A stretch of 64,000 nucleotides of DNA. Origin: Lachnospiraceae bacterium. GTDB taxonomy: Bacteria; Bacillota; Clostridia; Lachnospirales; Lachnospiraceae. Position 1 is the first letter of the stretch. Every line of letters begins with the position of its first letter. This document shows positions 57,198 through 64,000 of the stretch, piece by piece. The stretch lies in contig JAUNWX010000008.1 in assembly GCA_030540075.1 (NCBI GenBank), forward strand, positions 8,638 through 72,637. Reading direction: 5' to 3'. The notes beneath the pieces are model-generated. The model did no database searches, was not told where the DNA came from, and saw only the letters and a list, made by a program, of their open reading frames with translations. A program made the position numbers and the translations under genes.

Positions 57198-57965
57198 TTA
57201 CAGCATCTGTGCAAGCGAACAGATCTCGATGCCTTCCTTCGTGAGGGTCTCGCGGATCTTTGCGACAAAGGCGAGGGCCTTCGCGCCGTCACCGTGTACG
57301 CAGATCGAGTCGGCCTTCAGCGGGATGTCCTTTCCGGTGATGGCGGTGACCTTCTGCTCCTTGATCATGCGGACGACGCGGGCGATGGCTTCGTCTTCGT
57401 CGGTGATCATCGCGCCTTCCTTCGAGCGGTTCACGAGGGTACCATCCTCCTCGTACGCGCGGTCGGCGAAGACCTCCGAAGCGGCACGGAGGCCGCAGTC
57501 CTCGGCGGCACGGATCATCTCACTGCCGGAGAGAGCCATGAGGATCAGCTTCGGATTGTACTCTGCGATGGCTTCACAGATGCCGTGTGCGAGCTTATAA
57601 TCCTTCGCGGCCATGTTGTAGAACGCGCCATGCGGCTTCACATGCTGCATCTCCAGTCCGGCGGCCTTACAGAAGGCATCCAGTGCGCCGATCTGGTACA
57701 GCGTATAGGCCTTCGCTTCCGCCGGGCTGATCGTCATGTTGCGGCGACCGAAGCCCATGAGGTCCGGATAGCCCGGATGTGCGCCGACATGGATGCCGGC
57801 CTCCCGTGCCATCTCGATAGTCTTTTTCATCACGACCGGATCAGATGCATGAAATCCACATGCCACGTTGGCCGAGGTGATCAGCGGGATGATCTGATCA
57901 TCCGAGCCCAGGGTATAGCGGCCGAAGCTCTCGCCGAGGTCGCTGTTTAAATCTACACGATACAT
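57198..57965 (-). CDS. pxpA: 5-oxoprolinase subunit A (LamB/YcsF)
   Basis: [55 protein letters not shown]. Confidence 0.93.
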   Translation of the reverse strand: MYRVDLNSDLGESFGRYTLGSDDQIIPLITSANVACGFHASDPVVMKKTIEMAREAGIHVGAHPGYPDLMGFGRRNMTISPAEAKAYTLYQIGALDAFCKAAGLEMQHVKPHGAFYNMAAKDYKLAHGICEAIAEYNPKLILMALSGSEMIRAAEDCGLRAASEVFADRAYEEDGTLVNRSKEGAMITDEDEAIARVVRMIKEQKVTAITGKDIPLKADSICVHGDGAKALAFVAKIRETLTKEGIEICSLAQML

Positions 57966-58085
57966 CGTTTCTTCCTCCTGTTATCCATCATTCGCGCGAG
58001 GTGGTACCCCTCGCGTCATGCTGACCGAGGCTGCATGCTGCCCCGGTCCTGCCCTGTACAGATGTCCTGCACCTCGAAGTCTGCA

Positions 58086-59432
58086 TCACGTAAGATGCAT
58101 GATGTCCTCGATGAAGTCGGTATCCGCCTTGCCTTCGGCGAAAACCGGATGCTTGATGATCTGGTACTGGAAGTCGAGGTTCGTCTCGACACCGACCACG
58201 AGCATCTCGTTGAGGGCGGAGCGCATCTTCATGAGGGCGGCTTCTCTCGTCGGAGCATGGACGATGACCTTTGCGATCATCGAATCATACTCGGACGGGA
58301 TCCGGTAGCCGGTATAGAGACCGGTATCGACGCGGACGCCGTTGCCGGCCGGCAGATGCAGGTGCTTTACCACACCCGGGCTCGGCATGAAGTTCTTCGC
58401 CGGGATTTCCGCGTTGATGCGGCACTCGATGGCATGTCCACGCGGCTTCACATCCTCCTCCGTGAAGCTCAGCGGTTCGCCTGCCGCGACACGGATCTGT
58501 TCGATGATGAGATCGGTGCCGGTCACCATCTCCGTCACGCCATGCTCCACCTGGATTCGCGTGTTCATCTCCATGAAGTAGAAGTGCCCCTGCGGGTCCA
58601 CGATGAACTCGATGGTGCCTGCATTAGTATACTGTACAGTCTTCGCCGCGAGGATCGCACAGCGGTTCATTTCGGCACGGGTTTCGTCGTTGATGGCCGG
58701 GGATGGTGACTCCTCGATCAGCTTCTGGTGATTTCGCTGGACGGAGCAGTCACGGTCGCCGAGGGCGACGACATGACCGAAGTTATCCGCCATGATCTGG
58801 ATCTCGACGTGGCGAGGCTTCTCGATATAGCGCTCGATGTACATGGTGTCATCCCCGAAGGCGTTTGCAGACTCGCGCTGTGCGAGGCCGAACTCAAACT
58901 CGAATTCATCCTCAGATGTCGCGACGCGCATGCCCTTACCGCCGCCCCCGGAGGAGGCCTTGATGATCACCGGATACCCGATCTCACGGGCGAGCTTCTT
59001 TCCGGTCTCGGCATCGTAGACCGGCTCGCGGGTGCCCGGAACGACCGGCACACCGGCATCCATCATCGTCTTCCGGGCATGGGACTTGTTGCCCATGCGG
59101 TCGATGACGTCCGCATCCGGTCCGATAAAGGCGATGCCGTTTTCCTTACAGCGGCGTACGAACTCACTGTTCTCCGACAGGAAGCCATAGCCCGGGTGGA
59201 TCGCATCGGCACCGGTGTTGATGGCCGCCGTGATGAGCTGGTCCATATTCAGATAGTTGTTCTTCGCCGGACCCACTCCGATGCAGATCCGTTGATCCGC
59301 AAGCTGCGTGTGCAGGCTGTTCTGGTCCTCCTTCGAGTAGACCGCGACACTCTGGATGCCCATGTTCCGGCAGGCCCGGATGATGCGGACCGCGATCTCG
59401 CCTCGATTGGCAATTAGTATTTTTTCAAACAT
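58086..59432 (-). CDS. accC: Biotin carboxylase
   Basis: ILIANRGEIAVR, HPGYGFLSE, GGGGKGMR, RDCSVQR, EMNTRIQVEH, ECRINAE, YDSMIAK. Confidence 0.93.
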   Translation of the reverse strand: MFEKILIANRGEIAVRIIRACRNMGIQSVAVYSKEDQNSLHTQLADQRICIGVGPAKNNYLNMDQLITAAINTGADAIHPGYGFLSENSEFVRRCKENGIAFIGPDADVIDRMGNKSHARKTMMDAGVPVVPGTREPVYDAETGKKLAREIGYPVIIKASSGGGGKGMRVATSEDEFEFEFGLAQRESANAFGDDTMYIERYIEKPRHVEIQIMADNFGHVVALGDRDCSVQRNHQKLIEESPSPAINDETRAEMNRCAILAAKTVQYTNAGTIEFIVDPQGHFYFMEMNTRIQVEHGVTEMVTGTDLIIEQIRVAAGEPLSFTEEDVKPRGHAIECRINAEIPAKNFMPSPGVVKHLHLPAGNGVRVDTGLYTGYRIPSEYDSMIAKVIVHAPTREAALMKMRSALNEMLVVGVETNLDFQYQIIKHPVFAEGKADTDFIEDIMHLT

Positions 59433-59450
59433 CGGCCGCGCCTCCTGTTC

Positions 59451-59897
59451 TTATAGTTTCTTTACGCGGAACAGAGGCTGACCATACTCGACCTTCTGCT
59501 CATTGCTGACGAGCACGGCCTCGATCTCGCAGTCATAGTCCGCCTGAATCTCATTCATGAGCTTCATCGCCTCGAGGATACATACCGTCTGACCTGCCTT
59601 CACATGATCGCCGACCTTGACATAGGCCGGTACATCCGGTGCCGCAGCGGAGTAGAAGGTGCCGACGATCGGTGCGAGGATCAGCTCGAACTCGTCCGCG
59701 GCCTCCGCCTTCTCTTCTGCAGCGGTCGGCTGTGCCGGTGCTGCGGCCAGCGGTGCAGCCGGAACGCCCGCGGCGATCACCGGCGGATGGGTCAGCTTAC
59801 TCATCGTGATTTCGGTATCGCCATCCTTGATGGAAAACTCCGTCAGGGAGGAATTTTCAACGATCTTTACCAGTCCTTCAATCTTCTCTAAATCCAT
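59451..59897 (-). CDS. accB: Biotin carboxyl carrier protein
   Basis: APIVGTFY, EAMKLMNEI biotinylation motif, VEYGQPLF. Confidence 0.93.
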   Translation of the reverse strand: MDLEKIEGLVKIVENSSLTEFSIKDGDTEITMSKLTHPPVIAAGVPAAPLAAAPAQPTAAEEKAEAADEFELILAPIVGTFYSAAAPDVPAYVKVGDHVKAGQTVCILEAMKLMNEIQADYDCEIEAVLVSNEQKVEYGQPLFRVKKL

Positions 59898-60022
59898 ATG
59901 AACATCTCCTTATCATCAATCTATAACCACTTCTGACGCACTGCCTGCACACCGGTCGGCTTCCCGCTTCGGTCTGCACGTGCCCCGCATACAGAAGTTC
60001 GTATCGTTTACTCCGGTCCCGA

Positions 60023-61036
60023 TCAGGCTTCATCCGGGAACAGACGGCGGATGCGCTTCGCTACCTGCCGCACAACCAGTACTTCCTTACATGGCTTATG
60101 GATCAGCGCATGCATCGCGATGTAGCTGTTTTCCTCTTCCTGATACAGTCGCTGCGCTTCCTCGACAGACACCGCCTCGAAGCGGATCTTCTGATCGGTC
60201 TTCCGCTGTACCAGCTTCGGAATGTCGACACTGATGACCGTCGCGATCTTCGCATAGCCACCGGTGGTCTGTCGGTCAGCGAGCAGGATGATCGGCTTGC
60301 CATGCGACGGCACCTGGATGGAGCCGAGCGCGATCCCCTCTGAAATGATATCTGAGGTGGTCTTTGGTGCGATAAACGGGCCCTCGAGTCGACAGCCCAT
60401 ACGGTCGAAATCACTGGTGACGGTATACTCCTCGTTCAGGAAATTATGGATACCCTGCTTACTGAACATGTCATCCTGCGGGCCCATGACCACGCGGAGC
60501 GTCACGCTCTCCTCGTCATACTCGTGCAGATCGAGCTTTCTCGAGAGGAAGAACGGAAGGTAATTCCGCTTGATACGGAAGCTGATATAATCGCCCTCCA
60601 TCAGCTTTCTTCCCTTGAAGCCACCGATCTTACTTTTTAAGCTCGTGCAGCGGCTGCCCATCACGACCGGAATCTTGAGATAGCCGGAAAAGGCGATGTA
60701 GCCGCGGCTTCCGGTGCGCGCACTTCCGAGCTTCAGAATATCGCCCTTTTTCATATAGAGTGCCGTGTACATCGGCGCCGGCTCCCCGTTCACCTCCGGA
60801 TGGAAATCACCGCCGGTGATGGCGATGATGCAGGCGGACGTAAACTCCAGCGTCGGTCCGATCAGTGTGAACTCCAGCACTGCCTCGTTCTCCGGGTTAT
60901 CCAGCAGAAGGTTTGCGATCTTAAAGGAGCGAACATCCATGACGCCGGAAACGCCGAAGCCCTGGCTCTGGTATCCGGTGCGCCCCATATCCTGCACGGT
61001 CGTGAGCAGTCCCGCTTTTAATATACGAATTCCCAT
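60023..61036 (-). CDS. pxpC: 5-oxoprolinase subunit C (KipA / allophanate hydrolase subunit 2)
   Basis: GLLTTVQDMGR, DRMGCRL, GSIQVP, ADRQTTGGYAKI. Confidence 0.9.
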   Translation of the reverse strand: MGIRILKAGLLTTVQDMGRTGYQSQGFGVSGVMDVRSFKIANLLLDNPENEAVLEFTLIGPTLEFTSACIIAITGGDFHPEVNGEPAPMYTALYMKKGDILKLGSARTGSRGYIAFSGYLKIPVVMGSRCTSLKSKIGGFKGRKLMEGDYISFRIKRNYLPFFLSRKLDLHEYDEESVTLRVVMGPQDDMFSKQGIHNFLNEEYTVTSDFDRMGCRLEGPFIAPKTTSDIISEGIALGSIQVPSHGKPIILLADRQTTGGYAKIATVISVDIPKLVQRKTDQKIRFEAVSVEEAQRLYQEEENSYIAMHALIHKPCKEVLVVRQVAKRIRRLFPDEA

Positions 61037-61037
61037 A

Positions 61038-61766
61038 CTACACCTCACCTTCGCGAATCGTGCACTCGTATTCACCGCGTGCCACCTGCTCCTTGATTCG
61101 CAGGTACTCATCCTCATCCACCGGCACGAAGCGGATATAGTCGCCCGCCTCGAACAGGATCGGCGTTTCACGCTCCGGATCGTAGGTTTTCACCGGTGTC
61201 ATACCCATCAGCTGCCAGCCTCCCGGCGAGTCCATCGGATAGATGCCGGTCTGGGAGCCGCCAATGCCTACACTGCCGGCGTCGATTTTAATTCTCGGCG
61301 TCGCGAGTCTCGGTGTGTGCAGGCGCTCATCGAGACCACCGAGGTAGCAGAAGCCCGGCAGGAAGCCGAGCATGTAGATCAGGTAATCCTTCGAGCTGTG
61401 GAGAGCGATGACCTCCTCTTCGCTCATGCCGGCATGCTCCGCGATGAATGCAAGGTCTGGACCATACTTACCGCCATAGCAGACCGGAATCTCGTACACC
61501 TTCTTTTTCTCGCTGCCTGCACTGGTTTCCACCTTCAGGAGCTTCTTCATCCGCCGTGTGATCTCCGCATAGGAGGTGACACGCGGATCATAGTTGATGA
61601 GCAGAGAGCAGAAGGCCGGGATGACGTCCAGCACACCTTCGATGTGCTGCTCCTTCATAAGCTCCACCATCGATTTGATCTTTCGATTGATCTCCGGGTT
61701 GATCTCGTGACCGAACTCGATCAGCAGCGAGCTGTCCCCGGCGGTTAAGATACGAATATCTTCCAT
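61038..61766 (-). CDS. pxpB: 5-oxoprolinase subunit B (KipI)
   Basis: AGDSSLLIEF, IPVCYGG, LGFLPGF, GSVGIGGSQTGIYP, SPGGWQL. Confidence 0.92.
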   Translation of the reverse strand: MEDIRILTAGDSSLLIEFGHEINPEINRKIKSMVELMKEQHIEGVLDVIPAFCSLLINYDPRVTSYAEITRRMKKLLKVETSAGSEKKKVYEIPVCYGGKYGPDLAFIAEHAGMSEEEVIALHSSKDYLIYMLGFLPGFCYLGGLDERLHTPRLATPRIKIDAGSVGIGGSQTGIYPMDSPGGWQLMGMTPVKTYDPERETPILFEAGDYIRFVPVDEDEYLRIKEQVARGEYECTIREGEV

Positions 61767-61976
61767 ACTGTAAATCTCCTTTCTCCAGGTAAGACGCAGT
61801 ACGTAAACCTGAAGACGATATCATGTCATGCATACGGGTCTACCACATCCATGTGTGCGAAACGTGTTGCGTAGACCGTTCTATATATGTGCAGAAAATT
61901 GGTACAGTGAAACGCTGTACCAATTCCCTGTGCTGCAACGGTTCCGGCTCAGATCACCCTCGCCGCTGCAGGTCTT

Positions 61977-63182
61977 TTAGAATAATCCGCCGATCTTCGT
62001 AACGAAGGTCGGGATGCCCATATAGGCCGATAAGATCACGACGAGGACGCCGAGTACCAGCAGGACGGTCGGATGATGATAATCCGCACCCATGATCGAC
62101 TTCTTCTGGGAAGCGATGAGGCAGATACCGAGGGTGATCGGAAGGATGAGTCCGTTGAATGCACCTGCGAGTACGAGGAGGGTCGCCGGATTTCCAAGAA
62201 CGATCATAACGGCTGTCGAAACGACGATGAATCCGATGATGACGGCATTCTCGTTCTTTGCGATCGCCGGGTGGAAGGTCTTTAAGAAGGATACAGAAGT
62301 GTACGCGGCACCGATGATGGAGGTTACGGCTGCACACAGAAGTACGAGACCTGCGAAGCGGTATCCGATCTCACCTGCACCCTGCTTGAACGCGTCTGCT
62401 GCCGGGTTCGACGCATCGAGCTCTACACCTGCCCTGCTGACGACACCGAGCACGGCGAGGAAGAGGAAGATACGTACGATGGTGGCGATGCTGATACCCA
62501 TGACCGAGCTTCTGTTGATTTCGGCTGCATTGTCCTTACCAGTGATGCCGGCATCGATCAGACGGTGCGCACCGGAGAAGGTGATGTAGCCGCCGACGGT
62601 TCCACCCATGAGGGTCAGGATTGCCGGGAAGAGTGGCTGGATACCGGTGGACGGCGCGACGGTGTTCTTCAGTGCGTCGCCTACCGGTGGCTTGACCACG
62701 ATGATCACGATGAAGATGACCACGATCATGATGGCGCCGAGGACCTTTGTCAGGGTGTCCATCGCGGATTTCGCGTTCTTGAAGAGGAAAACGACGATGG
62801 CGATGGCTGCCGCGATGACATATCCGATGGTGGTCGGAATACCGAGCAGGGTGTTCAGGCCCAGCGAACCGCCGCCGACATTGCCGATGTTAAAGACGAG
62901 GCCGCCGAGCACGACCATGAAGGATACGAAGTAACCGAGTCCAGGGAGAACCTTATTCGCGACATCCTGTCCGCGAAGACCGGTCGTACAGAGTACGCGC
63001 CAGATGTTGAGCTGTGCGACCGCTGAGAGAATGATCGATACCAGGATGACGAAGCCGAAGCTCGCCTTGTACTGCCCGGTAAATGTGGCGGTCTGTGTCA
63101 GGAAGCCAGGTCCGATCGCGGATGTGGCCATCAGAAATGCTGCTCCTAAGAGCGCGCCGCTGCTTTTTTTCTTCTCACTCAT
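61977..63182 (-). CDS. NRAMP-like transporter (YcsG-like)
   Basis: LGAAFLMATSAIGPGFLTQT, FNIGNVGG, GGTVGGYITF, SIIGAAYTS. Confidence 0.88.
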   Translation of the reverse strand: MSEKKKSSGALLGAAFLMATSAIGPGFLTQTATFTGQYKASFGFVILVSIILSAVAQLNIWRVLCTTGLRGQDVANKVLPGLGYFVSFMVVLGGLVFNIGNVGGGSLGLNTLLGIPTTIGYVIAAAIAIVVFLFKNAKSAMDTLTKVLGAIMIVVIFIVIIVVKPPVGDALKNTVAPSTGIQPLFPAILTLMGGTVGGYITFSGAHRLIDAGITGKDNAAEINRSSVMGISIATIVRIFLFLAVLGVVSRAGVELDASNPAADAFKQGAGEIGYRFAGLVLLCAAVTSIIGAAYTSVSFLKTFHPAIAKNENAVIIGFIVVSTAVMIVLGNPATLLVLAGAFNGLILPITLGICLIASQKKSIMGADYHHPTVLLVLGVLVVILSAYMGIPTFVTKIGGLF

Positions 63183-63476
63183 GATGAAGTCCTCCTGTTC
63201 TGGAAAAGTTCGCAGTTTCTGTGTCTTTAACTGCTGTAGAATACAGAAAACATAAGCCCCATTCTTTTTCTGCACGTGTCTTTTTGTTTCAAATCCCCTG
63301 TTTTATGAATTCCGAAACATATTCAGAGCGATCTTTATAACTTAAAGCAATCACTTGCTCTGATGAAATAAGTATGCGTCATGATTTGTAGAATAGCAAG
63401 TAGAAATCGGGCGTCAGCCTTTCGGATTTGGCATATCAGACATTCTGGATGTGTCTTTTAAGTTATCACAGAGTGA

Positions 63477-63708
63477 TCATGAACCCCGGAGGGCCGACCA
63501 CAGAAGCACAGTACTGCGAGACCGGAAAAATCACAAATTGGGCTCTAAGAACCAGTAAGCCCTCTGCAATCGCTGAGTTTTCTTCATGAAAACTCAGCGT
63601 TGCTAGAGGGTCTAAGGAAAATTACTAACTGGTTCTAAGAGCCCAATTTAGATTTATTCACGGTCTCTCCGTATGGCTTCTGTGGTCGGCCCTCCGGGGA
63701 TTTCATGA
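63477..63708. repeat. 232-bp nested palindromic element (REPIN/MITE-like)
   Basis: Perfect 24-bp inverted repeat (63484-63507 / 63676-63699), 20/21-bp pair (63535-63555 / 63629-63649), perfect 12-bp pair (63571-63582 / 63588-63599), TCATGA at both ends. Confidence 0.8.
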
Positions 63709-63710
63709 CA

Positions 63711-64000
63711 TCACTTCTGGATGTAGTAGAAGTCGTCCTCTGGCATGGTGCCGCCGACGGACTTCGGGTTTGCGTCGAAGAGTACCTGGAGGTAGCCTGC
63801 GAGGTCGGTCTTCATCTCGTCACCGGCGATGGCGACGATGTTGCAGTTCGGGAGTGCCTTCTTCGCTACCGGTGCCTTCGCGATGATGCCGTACTTCGCG
63901 ACGAGCTCTGCGGTGGCGTCGATGTCGGCGTTTGCTTTCTCGGTGGATGCCTGATGATTGGCGATAAACTGGTCGACTTCTGCGGCACGGTTCTCGAGGA
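63711..64000 (-). CDS. NitT/TauT-family ABC substrate-binding protein, 3' end only
   Basis: Hand translation ...AELVAKYGII AKAPVAKKALPNCNIVAIAGDEMKTDLAGYLQVLFDANPKSVGGTMPEDDFYYIQK*; enters from the window end. Confidence 0.75.
   Translation of the reverse strand, partial: LENRAAEVDQFIANHQASTEKANADIDATAELVAKYGIIAKAPVAKKALPNCNIVAIAGDEMKTDLAGYLQVLFDANPKSVGGTMPEDDFYYIQK

Noticed and set aside
20485-63255. Numerous long plus-strand and alternate-frame ORFs (e.g. 20669-22306, 22884-24278, 29805-30791, 30878-32002, 35649-36788, 37020-38039, 55348-56589)
   Set aside because: They lie antisense to well-supported genes in GC3-rich DNA, show no family motifs, and are expected codon-bias shadows.
1-64000. 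tRNA, rRNA, integrase, transposase or prophage genes that could explain the accessory blocks
   Set aside because: None recognisable by eye in any frame; a tRNAscan/HMM run would be needed to exclude them formally.

Overview
Firmicute chromosomal window, inferred to be Lachnospiraceae-like from its gene families. Essentially all credible genes lie on the minus strand; the many long plus-strand ORFs are codon-bias shadows. Layout: (1) 1-24.3 kb, a cell-surface glycan locus. It holds YfhO, two GlfT2-like and several other GT2s, a poly-G frameshifted acyltransferase-3, Wzm/Wzt, two polyprenyl-phosphate initiating transferases, an O-antigen-ligase-like protein, an LCP protein, a secreted MBL hydrolase and a cell-wall-binding-repeat surface protein with a consensus sigma70 promoter. 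(2) 24.4-41.1 kb, more glycan genes, including a probable branched-sugar operon (TPP enzyme, SDR reductase, C-methyltransferase, Zn-ADH), interrupted by stand-alone defence-like genes (HTH-MNT with a truncated HEPN, orphan AbiEi, AAA-DUF4143, AlbA_2-HATPase). (3) 41.3-54 kb, arginase-family, TSUP, a PD-(D/E)xK-like protein, a full-length RecQ paralogue with degenerate ATPase motifs, and two ABC systems. (4) 54.5-63.2 kb, an aminoacyl-PG synthase/hydrolase pair and a ycsG-pxpB-pxpC-accB-accC-pxpA operon, apparently separating a NitT/TauT ABC binding-protein gene from its permease and ATPase. The most unusual signal is non-coding. Three intergenic arrays of oriented quasi-palindromic sites occur: TA(T/G)ACACG-N19-CGTGT(A/C)TA twice, as mirror images with identical spacing, and TAGGCAYG-N21-CRTGCCTA once. 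There are also two ~42-bp-period CATT-core arrays and a 232-bp nested palindrome. No rRNA, tRNA, CRISPR array, integrase or transposase was recognised. All family assignments are by eye from motifs; no searches were run.
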